A DNA stretch of 63,969 nucleotides, counting the filler, from Octopus bimaculoides (taxonomy: Eukaryota), in assembly GCF_001194135.2 (NCBI RefSeq). It is 4 parts of 4 records of this genome, joined end to end, with 100 filler letters (N's around TTAATTAATTAA, not from the genome) between each part and the next. Parts side by side here need not be neighbours in the genome. Positions count along the whole stretch, not along the records: positions 1 to 25,720 come from NC_068983.1; 3 more parts are not named here. One strand, 5' to 3'. The stretch's first letter is position 1; each line of letters begins with the position of its first letter. Positions 1 to 11,930 of the stretch are shown piece by piece. Below the pieces are notes generated by a model. It was given only the letters and a program-made list of their open reading frames with translations, was not told where the DNA came from and did not search any database. A program made the position numbers and the translations under genes.

Positions 1-56
<56 letters not shown>

Positions 57-120
57 TATCTATGTATATCTATATACATATATATCTATATATATATACA
101 TATATATATGTATGTATGTT
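1..120. repeat. (TA)n/(TATG)n microsatellite
   Basis: Direct reading of the sequence. Confidence 0.95.
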
Positions 121-171
121 TAACCCATACCAGCATGGACAACGGACATAAAATGATGATGATATATATAG

Positions 172-330
172 CCTAGCGGTTTGGCGAAAAAGCCCAATAT
201 TATAAGCACTAGGCTTATAATGAATAAGTCCTGGGGTTGATTTCTTTGACTAAACCCATTTAAGGCTATGCTCCAGCATAGCTGCAGTCAAATGATTGAA
301 TCAAGTACAAAATGAAAGGAAGAAAAGAAT
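172..330 (+). mobile_element. 3' half of tRNA-derived SINE (family B here), CpG-decayed
   Basis: Matches the 3' part of copies at 35292-35600 and 46051-46455 (ataagtcctggggt.gattt...gctccagcat.g..gcagtcaaatga.tgaa), with CG replaced by TG/CA. Confidence 0.8.
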
Positions 331-341
331 TACACACTCAG

Positions 342-375
<34 letters not shown>

Positions 376-764
376 TCAGAGAGAAATGTTTTAAGGAAAA
401 CAACTTTCCATCCAGTATATAAAAGAAGATAAAAAAAGATTTTCAGAAGTATCATGTTTAAAATTAATCATAAATTTAACAGATAAATAAATATTTACTG
501 AAAATCCACAAGGAAAATATAAACAAATCAGTAAGTACAAATATTATTAGATGTTACAATAACATTTATACTGTTTAGTTACTAATTTTGTAATGTAATA
601 TCTAATACTGTATTATTATTTATTATACTGAAAAGTTCTGCTATCGGTTACAAAACTCTGTTGCTAATGGTTACCATAATGCAAAAAGGAAAAAAAAATC
701 TAACAAAGAGATCAGGTTTTTATTTATGTTTGAGTGCCAAAAAAAATTTGTTGTTGAAACATAC

Positions 765-793
765 CATGGCAACAAGAATTTATGGAAACAAAT
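765..793 (-). CDS. candidate 29-nt micro-exon of unidentified minus-strand gene
   Basis: ttatttttcag|ATTTGTTTCC...TTGCCATG|gtatgt; the frame FVSINSCCH is phase-compatible with candidate exon 4685-4805. No homology recognised. Confidence 0.25.
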
Positions 794-1491
794 CTGAAAA
801 ATAATCTGTAACAAATGTATTTACATTGATGATAAGTTAAACAAGCATCTACATCTATGTAAGCTTGGCGTAACAAAAGCACCAAGCCATTTTAGTTTGA
901 AAGAGTTGCACCAACATAAAAAGTATAATCTTACAGGCCCTCCACCCCTTTTAATTGCACAGCAGTTTCAAATAGCTGCAGTTTGTCTTGCTTCAAGTTA
1001 CTTTCAGTTTTAGAATTCTAAAGCAACTTCTCTTTCTTTCTGACTCTCACTTTCTCTCCTTCTTTCTTTACGGGTAAAAGGTGACTTAAGAGGATAACTA
1101 AACATTAGTCTTTAATAATAATAACAAATGGGATAGCTTCAGGAAAACATCCGGCTTCATATCTTCCTATTTTTACCAACCACTATCAGTACAGAATATA
1201 CAGTGGGGAAAAGATGATATTGGTGGCAGTGGTGGTAGTGGCAGTTACAGTGGTAACTGTGCGAGTCATGATGATTATAATAATAATGATGATGAAGATG
1301 ATGATGACCATCATCATCATGAGGCTAGACTAGTATTTCAGACCTGTGGCAAATGATGGCAAACTTCTTTAGTTTGAAAAAAAAAGCAACAAAATATTTC
1401 TCTGTAATATAGCAATGGTTACAAAATGCCTCTAGTGAAGGACAAGTAATGTCTAGAGCACCTCTGGATCAACTACACACATATATACATA

Positions 1492-1539
<48 letters not shown>

Positions 1540-1540
<1 letters not shown>

Positions 1541-1900
1541 CATCCAAACATGGTCAATGCCAGCCCTCTCTGGCCTGTGCTGGTGGCACGTAAAAGCACC
1601 CACTACACTCTTGGAGTGGTTGGCATTAGGAAGGGCATATCCAGCTGTTGAAACACTGCCAGATCAGATTGGAGCCTGGTGCAGCCTTCTGGCTTCCCAG
1701 ACCCCCATCATCATTTAACATCCGTTGTCCATGCTGGCATGGGTTGGTTGATTTGACCAGAGCTGGCAAGCTGAGGAGCTTCACCAGGCTCCAGTCTGAT
1801 TTGGCATGGTTTCTATGGCTGGATGCCCTTCCTTATGCCAACCACTTTACTGATTATGCAGAGTGCTTTTATGTAACACCACACAGGCACTTTTATGTGG
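1540..1900. mobile_element. two opposed copies of the RTE/SINE-type 3' tail (family A; ...ggaagggcatccagctg...gatgatgat)
   Basis: Plus copy about 1540-1706 and minus copy about 1707-1900; homologous to 25500-25712. Confidence 0.75.
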
Positions 1901-1989
1901 CACTGCACAGCTGCTTTCCCATGGCACCACCACTGGTGCTTAACACCATCAAAGGAACTGGTCTTCACACTTCTGCTGCAGTGCAGTAA

Positions 1990-2500
1990 GGTACAAGGCA
2001 TCTTGGTCCTTTGGCATCTCACCTGAAAGGTTCAGCATCTTGAGGTCGTTCTTCAGTACTTCATCCTATGTCTTCCTGGTTCTCCCACTTCCACGTGTTC
2101 CATCTACTTTGAGAGATGAGAGATTGGCACTTCTTTATTGAGCTGTCAGCATCCATTCGCATCACATGACCAAACTAGCACAGTCTTTTCTCTTGCACAC
2201 GGCAACTAGTTCCTCTTTGCCTAACTCCTCTCTCAAAACAGCAGCACTCTGTCAAACATGTCCATTTACATTACACATCCATCAGAGTATGCTGGCCTCA
2301 TTCTTGGCTTCTGCATTCAGGTTCCACATCTCACTACCATGTGGAATTGCTGTCCGTATACATGCACCATACACTCTTCGTTTCATTCAGAGAGAGAAAC
2401 CTTTTATGGCCAAAAGAAGTGACAGCTCTCTGAATTTCCTCCATCCTATTCTTTTTCTAGCTAACACACTCTCCATGCATCCTCCACCACTACTAATTTT
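1990..2500 (-). mobile_element. RTE-clade LINE ORF2 C-terminal remnant
   Basis: Degraded minus-strand translation resembles ...EASILRWMCNV...LREELG...QEKRL.WFGHVMRMD...GRPRKTW; same family as 24000-24262. Confidence 0.7.
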
Positions 2501-2679
2501 GTCACCTCAGTAGCAGAAATTATCTACTACTGCTAATGATCCATCAGGGCATTTGAAAGAATCAGTTTCACTGAGTTTCTAAAGTTTTTATGGATCCTCT
2601 GCATCTTCCACTTCTGCCTCACCTGTTCTCATCAAACTGCCCAATCCATGCCAGTATGGAAAAGGGGTATTAAATAGGG

Positions 2680-2715
<36 letters not shown>

Positions 2716-2716
<1 letters not shown>

Positions 2717-3047
2717 TACCATTTTTTTAAACCCCAAGAGGACATCTCCAGCTGGTTAACAACACAACCTGTGTCCAATATATTGCGAGCGAACCCCTAC
2801 CATCTAATGGTAACAAGACCAGTACACAAAGTCAGCAGCTGAATGTTGCTTGTTTTTCTACATGTTGTGAGCTACAATGAACAACTGCCATGTCTAGCAA
2901 ACAGGTGTCCAGTACTGATGAAGGGAAAAACACTGAAACCAGACTGGTATATTGGTCTTGTCACTCTCCTGCTTGCAATATATCAGACACAGATTGTGTT
3001 GTTGACCAACTAGAGGAGATGTCCTCCTGAGGTTAAAAAAATGGTAG
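2716..3047. mobile_element. foldback/MITE-like element with about 110-bp imperfect terminal inverted repeats and TA flanks
   Basis: TA|ctaccatttttttaaaccccaagaggacatctcc... versus ...ggagatgtcctcctgaggttaaaaaaatggtag|TA; arms about 2716-2828 and 2947-3047. Confidence 0.75.
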
Positions 3048-3170
3048 TAACATAGTTCTGTATGGAACAGCCATGTTGAAGTGGTAACAAATATTACTTT
3101 GCAATATTGTTACTACTTACATTTCTTATAGAGATTTTAGAACTAGCTATTTTGCTTATACATCATCATC

Positions 3171-3212
<42 letters not shown>

Positions 3213-3216
<4 letters not shown>

Positions 3217-3990
3217 TAATGTCAGGATAGGGAAGGTAGCAACAACTTTCGGAAGGCTGACAAAACGAATATGGAAGAACAAGAGATTAGACATCAAGAC
3301 AAAGATCAGGATTTATGAAGCATGTGTTCTCAGCACACTCCTCTGTCGATCTGAAACATGGACCTTGTACAGCAGACAGGAAAGGTGCCTCAGCATTTTT
3401 CATCTCAGATGCCTCCGCAAGATCTTAGGCCTAACATGGCGCGACAAGGTCACCAATGTTGAAGTGCTGGCCCAGGAGAATCTTCAAAGCATGACAGCTA
3501 TCTTGTGTATGAGAAGACTAAGATGGCTGGGGCATGTCAGGAGAATGGATGACCATCGAATCCCAAAACAACTGCTCTATGGAGAACGGGCCCAGGACAA
3601 GAGGAAGACCAAAACTGAGGTATAAGGGCACTTGCAAAACTAGTTTGTTCAAGTGTGAGGTGGATGTCAGCACCTGGGAAGAGAGGGCTGAGGACAGGAC
3701 AACATGGAGGACTGTGGTGAAGGAAGGAACTGCTTCGCTAGAGAGAGCAGCTACAGAAACAAATAAGTTGAGAAGCGTCAGCGGCGAAAGGAAAACAACA
3801 GAAATGCAGAGTGTCAAGCCACCCTCTTGGTATTCAAGTACTGTGATAGAAGCTGTGTTTCAGTCATAGGAAAAATCAGCCATGAAAGAAGTTGCAAGAA
3901 AGGGAGCCCCTGATATGTTTGATTAAGTGACCTCTAAGCTAAATTGACCGTCTGCATAGACGAAAAGGGCCAATTATTATTATTATTATA
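3213..3990 (+). mobile_element. 5'-truncated RTE-BovB-type LINE (ORF2 C-terminus, 3' end, (ATT)n tail)
   Basis: RIGKVATTFGRL...TKIRIYEACVLSTLL..SETWTLY...FHLRCLRKIL...RRLRWLGHVRRMDDHRIPKQLLYGE; frameshift to GRPKLRYK; ends gacgaaaagggccaattattatt. Confidence 0.9.
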
Positions 3991-4684
3991 TATATACATA
4001 CACACACACACCCATCTTTGTCTTTTGTTTGTTTTTTTTTGTAAATTCCAACTATACACACACACACACACACACATATATATAACGTACATATGTATTG
4101 TCCTCAATCCTGTGAATACTGGCTAATAAAATGCATAGAAGGATGTCTTTCACATAAACTGAAAATCCAGGAAATTTCTTTCAGTTGCCAAAAAATAACC
4201 AAAAGAATTGGAGAATTGCTATCAAATGTGGTTCTTGTTTACGGACATTTCAACAACATATGGGTTAAATAATCATTTAACAAGTTCCAACTTGTTACAT
4301 GGTTTACTTAATGCTTACATTGTTGAAACAGCTGTGACCAAGGAATAAATGTGATACTGATTCCTCCATTCTTTACTTGTTTTTGATGCGCGCGTGTGTG
4401 TGTGTGCACACATTTCCATATGCGTGCATGTATTATGTAGATATACATTCACATTAGAGTAAGAAACAAAAAATACAAGTGAAGGACCCTAACGCATCAT
4501 GCAAATTGTAGTCATTCCTTTATTGGACCAATGAGAGATCAACATCACTCAGCCATCCAATGGCAACATAAAATAAAAGCTAAAAGCTGCTCTCTCTGCT
4601 TCTTCAATAGATTTCAGTCAGAATAATGAATTATGGAATCAACTGCTTTCTACATTTGTTTCAACTTGTCTTAATGCCACATAC

Positions 4685-4805
4685 ATTTGAGCTAAACAAG
4701 ACATCAGTTTGCCATATCTTGATTCCACCAGGTTACCAATCACACATATTGATTTCTTTTCTTGAAGCTCAGTCACATTTGCTGTTCCTGCCTCACACAT
4801 ATGGC
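4685..4805 (-). CDS. candidate coding exon (121 nt) of unidentified minus-strand gene
   Basis: ttcttttag|GCCAT...CAAAT|gtatgt; single open frame HMCEAGTANVTELQEKKSICVIGNLVESRYGKLMSCLAQ; non-repeat sequence. Confidence 0.4.
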
Positions 4806-5473
4806 CTAAAAGAATTCTTTTTCAAATGAATGAAGTAGACCAGTGATTTTCCAAACACTTTTATACAAACAACACTATTCCAACAACGTGTGTTAACTAA
4901 AAAACCTCAGTATGTTATAATTGGAACATGTTATTTTTCCCTGTGTGAATTATTGTCTGATTCAAACCTGTATTCAAGTAAACACATGCAGTTTAACCAC
5001 ATTAAATTATAAAAGTATGTTCACAAGCAGAGTTCTACTTCCTGGTATCACATAGGATATGAAAGAGAGCTTATATACATATACAATATAATTATTGTAA
5101 GTGAGGTTTTGTGAGGAGATAGATTCCTCTTTAAAGGCATGTCAACATCCAAGTGTCTGGAATCCTGCTTTTCCATGTTAGTATTAGTGTTTATTATTTA
5201 TTAGACACCAGTATTATACACATCTTAGAGTTCCAGTATTTCGTACAGATGTTTAATTCTCATTGATATATGTGGGGATAGTTATAGTAATATATCATAA
5301 AGAAAATAGAGAGCTTTAACACAGCATAATGAATTTATTTACATTTTGTCAATTCTATAAGCCTATTTTAGTCTGTTGATGAATGCTCAATCTATTAGGA
5401 TGAAAAACAGATGTCAATTTTCGTCCTGAAGAAATATCTAACTTCGTTATTTCACACGGGGTGAAACACATAC

Positions 5474-5631
5474 ATGAAAGGCTTCTTTTAGTTTCTGCCT
5501 ACCAAATCCACTTACAAGACTTAGGTTGGCCTAGAGCCACAGTAGAAGACATTTGACCAAAGTATCACATAGTAAGACTGAAACCAATACCACATGGTTA
5601 GAAAAGCAAACTTCTTAACCACACAGCCATA
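5474..5631 (-). mobile_element. 5' half of SINE family B, CpG-decayed
   Basis: Aligns with 46280-46435 with CG positions converted. Confidence 0.75.
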
Positions 5632-5801
5632 TCTAAAAACAAAATTGCAAGAAGGTGGGGTAAGGAGAAAAAGAAATAAAAAAAAAATCAGGGAAGATTG
5701 ATAGAGAACTTGTTTGGAGGAGTTGAATCAATCTTTAAATAATACACTTGGAGAAAACTTAATAAAATGTTGCAGAAATAAAGACAGTCTACTCAACTTA
5801 C

Positions 5802-5907
5802 ATTCACACAGATTAAGGAGTGTATCTTGATTAAGACTAAATATAGCCAGGAGTTGCTTTAAGTTGCAGCTAGAGTTAATCCCAAAAGATTTAATTTTCA
5901 CCGAATT
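5802..5907 (-). CDS. candidate coding exon (106 nt; alternative acceptors possible)
   Basis: ttacttctttgatag|AATTCG...TGTGAAT|gtaagt; one open frame NSVKIKSFGINSSCNLKQLLAIFSLNQDTLLNLCE. Confidence 0.35.
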
Positions 5908-6289
5908 CTATCAAAGAAGTAAATGTAGTCGTCACACCCAAAATGCTGACTAATGTAACCAGTCTACCACCAAGTAAGTGAATATGTTATATCTCATAAA
6001 TGGGGGATGAAAGCTGAAGCAGTAGAGTGTTTAACAATGTTTTATTTTTGTTGTTCTGAGTTTAAAACTTACCAAAGTCAAATTTGACTCTAATTTCTCT
6101 GGGACCAATAAAGTAAATATCAATGAAGGATTAAGATTTCTTTCCCTACAAGTTTGTGTCTGAGATGACCTTTGGAAATGTGCTGTGCGTGAGAAGACCC
6201 GGCAAGCCAAGTAAGATCATTGCCAGTTAGTTATTTTTATTTGTTGAGTCTGGAGGAAGGAGCAGAGCCCATGATTCTTGCAGGCTGTC

Positions 6290-6720
6290 CATGATTAGTG
6301 AGAAAGATGCTGTATATGTTCTGTTTAAACTGTGGCAGATCAACACTTGCAGGGAAGCGGTTCCAGAGGATCAATGTTCAGCAGGTGAAGGATTGGGTAG
6401 TGCACAATCTAAAGCCTGATTGGAGAAACCAGCCAAACAACATCTATATTGGCTATTATAATGTAGAAATAATCTTTAGAAGCTATCTTCAGGCAGTGCT
6501 GAATCAATTTTAGACTAGTAGGAAGAAAAATGTGGAATTCTACTTCAGCCTCTTCTTCTTTGGATGTTTATCTACACACAAGATGTTAACATGGTACAGA
6601 CTTACTCTTCTGAATCGATGAGTCAATGTTTCAACTCTTAATCTGAGATTGCCTTTTAAAAATGAATCTAGTAAAAGAATTGCTGCCACTATAACAACAA
6701 GATGATGTACTTGGTATCTA
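6290..6720 (-). mobile_element. CR1/L2-group LINE ORF2 C-terminal remnant
   Basis: Minus-strand ...THRFRRVSLYHVNILCV... and ILWNRFPASVDLPQFKQNIYS resemble the WNxLP...FK terminal motif. Confidence 0.6.
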
Positions 6721-8074
6721 AACATCAGCCATAAAAAAAAAAAAATGTAGGAAAATGAGATTAATACTGCATTATACTTAAAAAAAGTTTGATGACAGTT
6801 AAAATATTGTTGCTAATATCTAGGGACATAAGGGAGGGATAAAGTAAAAAACAAAAAAGGAGCACAGATGGCTATAAAGTATTTTAGAAAAAAATATTAA
6901 TATTTTTTATGGAGCAAAGGGGAAAGAGAGAGAGTGAGAGATGTAGGTTAACTGAAATGGCATGTACCATAGTTGCTAAGAGAAAAAGGTGCGGGGATTC
7001 ACATTTGCCAATAAAAACACATAGAAGTCAAGCAGATAAATACAGAAGGGAGGAAGCAATCCCAACCGTTAAAAGTAAATATAGTAGACTATGAAAATGG
7101 TTTCAGGAAGTACACAGAGCCTAGATGGGGCAAGCTATTGTGTGTGACTTGACTAGCAAGGATCTGTTGCTTTAATCAACAATGCTCTTTTGCAGTCATT
7201 TACACAGATGGCAATTCTTTGACAGTTGGTTCCATCAAATGATTAGAGATATTTTCAAAACAAAACCAAAGAAAGTATGAAAAAAAAAACAATGAAAAGA
7301 AGAATAATATTTTCACAACACGATACTTTGAAATGGTTAAAGAATGGGTTCAAAGAAGAAAAAAAAAAAACAAATTAGGAAAGAAATGAAGTTACAAGCT
7401 AGTAAAAAAAAATACTACTGATTAAAATAAATTTCCTAATTTAACACATTCTAAACAAGTGAATAATAACAACAATAGGAGTTGGAAAACTGTAATTATT
7501 TAAAATTCCATAATGTGTGTATGTTTGTTTGAATATGATAAGAGATAAATGAATTGTGAAATTCATGTCTTTTGCATGGAATTTAATTGTCTTATTTCAT
7601 TGCTTAATTGTGTAAGCATGGAAAGACAGATATAAAGAAACTATCATTGCCATGGACAACAACTATGACAATGACGATGTCCATTACAATGGAGATGACA
7701 ATAATCACGATGACCACCACAATGACAACTATTACAATGATAATATTGGATGAGAGATGATCAGAAGGTGGAAGAGGATTATTATTATTACTTCTGCAGA
7801 TTATGAATAATTTTTAATACTAACACTCAATCCGAAAGGTGGATGTAGATCGCTTCAAAGTCATTCTCACAGGCCCTTGTAATGACGCAACCTAGGTGCA
7901 ACCTGGAATTGACAGTAAGGCTCACACTCTAATTCTCTAGTCCTTATTGTGTCAATTGCCAGAAGTTTAACCTATATTCTCTGATGGTTACCCTATTAGC
8001 AGCAATTTCTTGTTTCTCTAGCTTGATGGATATTGTTCATCACTTCAATCTGATTCATTCATTATATACATACA

Positions 8075-8225
8075 TGTCATCATCATCATTTAACATCCGG
8101 TTTCCATGCTGGCATGGGTTGGACGGTTTGATAGGAGCTGACCAGCTGAAGGGCTGTTCAAGCTCCATGTCTGTTTTGGCATTGTTTCTAAGGCTAGATG
8201 CCCTTCCTAATGCCAACCACTATAC
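8075..8225 (-). mobile_element. family A RTE/SINE tail
   Basis: tcatcatcatcatttaacatccggtttccatgctggcatgggttggacgg...gatgcccttcctaatgccaaccac. Confidence 0.8.
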
Positions 8226-8539
8226 ATACATACATAAACACACACATACACATAAATACATGTATATCCACATACACACAAACGTATTTATAGGTTCATA
8301 CACATATGCATATCTCAGATTTAGAGCATATTCTTGTGTGTTATAAGAGGTGACTAAAAAAATCTGATGTCAGGAAGGGCATCTAACCCATGCTAGCATG
8401 GGAAAGATGTAAAACAAGCTACCATCACAGCCGACAATAACAAAGGTGATGATGATGATATGCATCAATGTTTAGTTGACTGGAAATGGAAAAATATCAT
8501 TACAACTTCTGAAGATAATGTATTTTTATCACAACACTG

Positions 8540-9500
8540 GATGTAGACCACTTCTTGATCAGGAGATTGATCACACCCTCTTTCAGTCTGCTGCCCAGCA
8601 AGGTCTTTGAGGTCATTCTAATAAGTTTTCACAATGATGAACCTCATTTCACCCATCAGACACTATGCTGGGGGTGTAAACCATCTGAAACAACACTGAA
8701 GGAAAAAACTGTCATTCTTTCACTGCTTCCACTGTGACCACCACTAAGGCCTACAAGTATCCAAGAAAAGACTGGATAGCAGAGAAAATGTAATATGCCT
8801 GGAACCCTATATTGTAGCTGACACAACAAACAACTGTAGTGTAGTTCTTATTCAGACAGAAGAATGAAATATCAAAAGTGCAATGTCTGTGGGCTGTACC
8901 CAGACATTTGACCATCTACTCCTGTTTTAAACCTGCTGGATTTTGAGGTTACTCAACAACTAATACTGTAAAGAGGGAACCTCTTGAAAAGTTGCTCGAC
9001 ACAGCAATGTCAATGTCTCTGAAGCCTCACAGTCCCAGTCTATCTCAGTGAATCTTCTTAAGTGATCAAATGCCCGTTCCTGACCAGAGCCTTTAACGAG
9101 AGTGAGATCCAGCTGGTAAATTAGCCTGGGGTCAGAGAACAAAAGAGGGTCCCTGTGAGTATCTGTCAGGTTCTTCGCAATAATAAAATAATAAAAACCC
9201 CACAGCACCTTGAATCTTGTGAGCTCCCCACTTCTTTCCCTCTTGGAGTCCTGAAAGCATACGTGCTTGTCTTGCTAAATTTCTCTTGGAGGCCTTGTTC
9301 CTGAGATATGTAGAATTATGAGCATTGTCTAATATCTGTAGAAGATTCCAACTCAATAAATTAAGATACAAGAAAAAAGAAGCACTTGGTAATTTTGCTT
9401 CTCCATGCAAAGTAATAACCAAATCTCTCTTTAAAATCTTGTTACTATTTTCATAATGAGGACGCAGGAAACACAGCAGGTCTATCATAAAAGCAGATTA
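8540..9500. mobile_element. highly degraded LINE remnants
   Basis: Plus: SLLPSKVFEVIL (RT N-terminal ISLL..KVFE motif). Minus: DCEASETLTLLC...QEV, weakly like the L1/Tx1 RT zinc-binding tail. Confidence 0.35.
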
Positions 9501-9972
9501 AAATGCTGACATAATTCCATTCTTTGAATGGCTAAATAAGTCTGCTAAAGCAGTGCTGGAGTGAGTATGCTGTTGCCACCACCACTACTACTACTACTAC
9601 CAGCATCACCAATGCAGTTGCTACCACCACAAATTCATAAACAAACATCATACCATGCACATTTAAGAATGACTAATGCATTTGAATTTGTATTGTTAAG
9701 CAGTTTTCAATGTCACAGAATTTCAGTCCAAAATATTTTGCTGTTTCAACAACAGCAATTCTCTGCTGACTTTGAGTTTAAAAACTAGGAGGAAAGCAAG
9801 CAAATGACAATTCAAAATGCTCTGTTTCTAACTGAACCACTTCCATATATAGGCTATATGTAACTGACGAAGCCCCATCTGTTTGAAACAATCTATGGGT
9901 CTCATGATTATCTCACTGAACTTGCTTACTTTGATGTGTTTTACTGTGAAGGTAAAGTAAATTCCAACTTAC

Positions 9973-10032
9973 AGACGATTTGAAACTAAAAAAGATGGAA
10001 TACTGTCGTGGTCCAATGCAGCCTGTGTGGGT
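9973..10032 (-). CDS. candidate 60-nt exon
   Basis: ttttgttattctttag|ACCC...CGTCT|gtaagt; retains CpGs in a CpG-poor region; two open frames (THTGCIGPRQYSIFFSFKSS or PTQAALDHDSIPSFLVSNR). Confidence 0.35.
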
Positions 10033-10269
10033 CTAAAGAATAACAAAATCCCTCACTTAAAAAGCAGGTAATGGTTAGTGACAGGAAGGGCATCTGGCAG
10101 TAAAACATTGCCTCGATAATATATTTGTCTAATCTATGTTGGCATGAAAAGAATGAATGTAAAAGTGAAGGAAATGATAGAATGAATCAGTCTGAGGAGA
10201 GAATTAGACCCTTTTCATTTTGGCCCACCTTGATTAGACTGTAAGAGAATAACTAAGTGGGAGTTATGT

Positions 10270-10438
10270 AACTGATGTTTAATCTAGATGGGTTTTTTTA
10301 AGTTAGGGAAAAGAAGGAAAATATAAGCAAGAAGAAAATTCCACAGGACTTTGATTCTTGGGAAAAAAGGTTTATAATACAAGCATATGTAGGGACAATG
10401 GGCTAGAACTAAGATGGTTGTACTACATAGGCTTAGTA
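10270..10438 (-). mobile_element. CR1/L2-group LINE C-terminal remnant
   Basis: KPFFPRIKVLWNFL resembles the SFFPRT..LWN.LP motif. Confidence 0.5.
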
Positions 10439-10440
10439 TA

Positions 10441-11493
10441 CAGGGTGTCCCAAAATTAAGGCAACCCAACTTTTTTCAATTTTGCCAAATCAAAACATTG
10501 TTATATTTCAGGCCTAAGCATTGCAATACAATAGTAAAGGAAACACAATTAGGGCACAACCACATTTATTCGATGTGACCACCTCTGTTTTGAATCACAA
10601 CTTTAAGTCTAGGTGCAAATGTGGCTGTTTTTGTGGAATTGAAGCTCATTCCTGGTGCAGTTTTGCCTTCAGAGCATCAAGTGAAGGATTTGGAGTGCTC
10701 AAAACCCTTGTCTCCAAAATGCATCAAAAAGAAAAATTCAACAGGTTGAGATAATGGCTTCTTGAGGGCCATACATCCTTTCCTATGAACAATGGAGTAT
10801 TTTTTTCTGAACCCAATGTTGGGTTTGTTTGGAGCTGAGTCCTGTTGGAGGCTCCAGGGTGCACTTTGAAACTATTCATTTGCCCATGAAAGCAGTTCAG
10901 CTTCCAGAATGTCGCTAATGTATCACTGGTTGTTAATTTTAACACCTGAGGGCACAAAAACAAGGGGAGGCCTTCAGTGGCTGTCACAGCTTTCCAAACC
11001 ATAACTGTGGTTTTTGATATCAATTTATGAGTCTACCCTCGAAGGAGCCAGATACACCACAGTTGGTCATTCTGGTGGTTTACTGTCTGTTCGAGAAGAT
11101 CAAATTTCTTTACATCAATGAACACCATATTAGGTAGCATGCTTTTAGAAATCTGAAGTAGAGTAAGATGACTTCCTCTCCAGTTTCATGGTCTTATAAA
11201 CTTGCATGAGCTCATGATGGCAGACCATCTTGGGAGAGTGGGTCCTGAGAACTTCCTTCAGCACTCGATGCGTCAATGTCTGGTTATTTTGCTGTGGCAA
11301 CCAGTTTTCTGATGGAATGATGAGCATTTTGCCGTATCTTTTCTCTGGTACTTTTGATAGGCTGAGGAGTCTGCATACTTCTTTTTTGGCCACATCCAAG
11401 TTGATCATCAGAGGAACCAGTCTCTTGAAATTTCTTGATAATTTTCCAGGCTGTTGTTCTGTTAATTTTAAGCTTTTTTGCTACATTATTCTG

Positions 11494-11535
<42 letters not shown>

Positions 11536-11746
11536 AGCTGTATTACTTTTGCCTCCTTTGTGGAGGGTTATAATTGTATTTCGGTCTATAGTCATTATCT
11601 AATTTATAAATCTGAATTTATTTAGTCTGAAACAAAAAGAAGACACACTAAGCTTTTATAATGATGGATAATTTTCATAAATTATCACATTTATTGGTAG
11701 TTATTAAAGCCTGAAACTTCAGTTGCTTAAATTTCAGGACACCCTG
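10441..11746 (-). mobile_element. full-length but decayed Tc1/mariner transposon (maT/DD37D-like)
   Basis: TIR CAGGGTGTCCCAAAATTAAGGCAAC (10441-10465) versus its inverse at 11722-11746 (21/25 match); TA at 10439-40 and 11747-48; about 1.3 kb; transposase fragments: HTH, VKKFD..., TVMVWKAV, PWSLQQDSAP, WPSRS..LN, GGHIE*. Confidence 0.9.
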
Positions 11747-11764
11747 TACACCCACAGACAAACT

Positions 11765-11930
11765 CAGAGAGGGTTTTTTTCATTTTCTCTCAATGACATC
11801 CACTTACAAGGCTTTGGTTGGCCTTGGGTTTACTAAAAGACACTTGCCCAAGGTCCACACAGTGGAACTGAATCTGAAACTATGTGGTTGGGAAGTAGAT
11901 GCATTAACCAACAGTCGTGCCTGTGCCCAT
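11765..11930 (-). mobile_element. 5' half of SINE family B
   Basis: catccacttacaaggctttggttggcc...acacttgcccaagg...gtggttgggaag. Confidence 0.7.
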
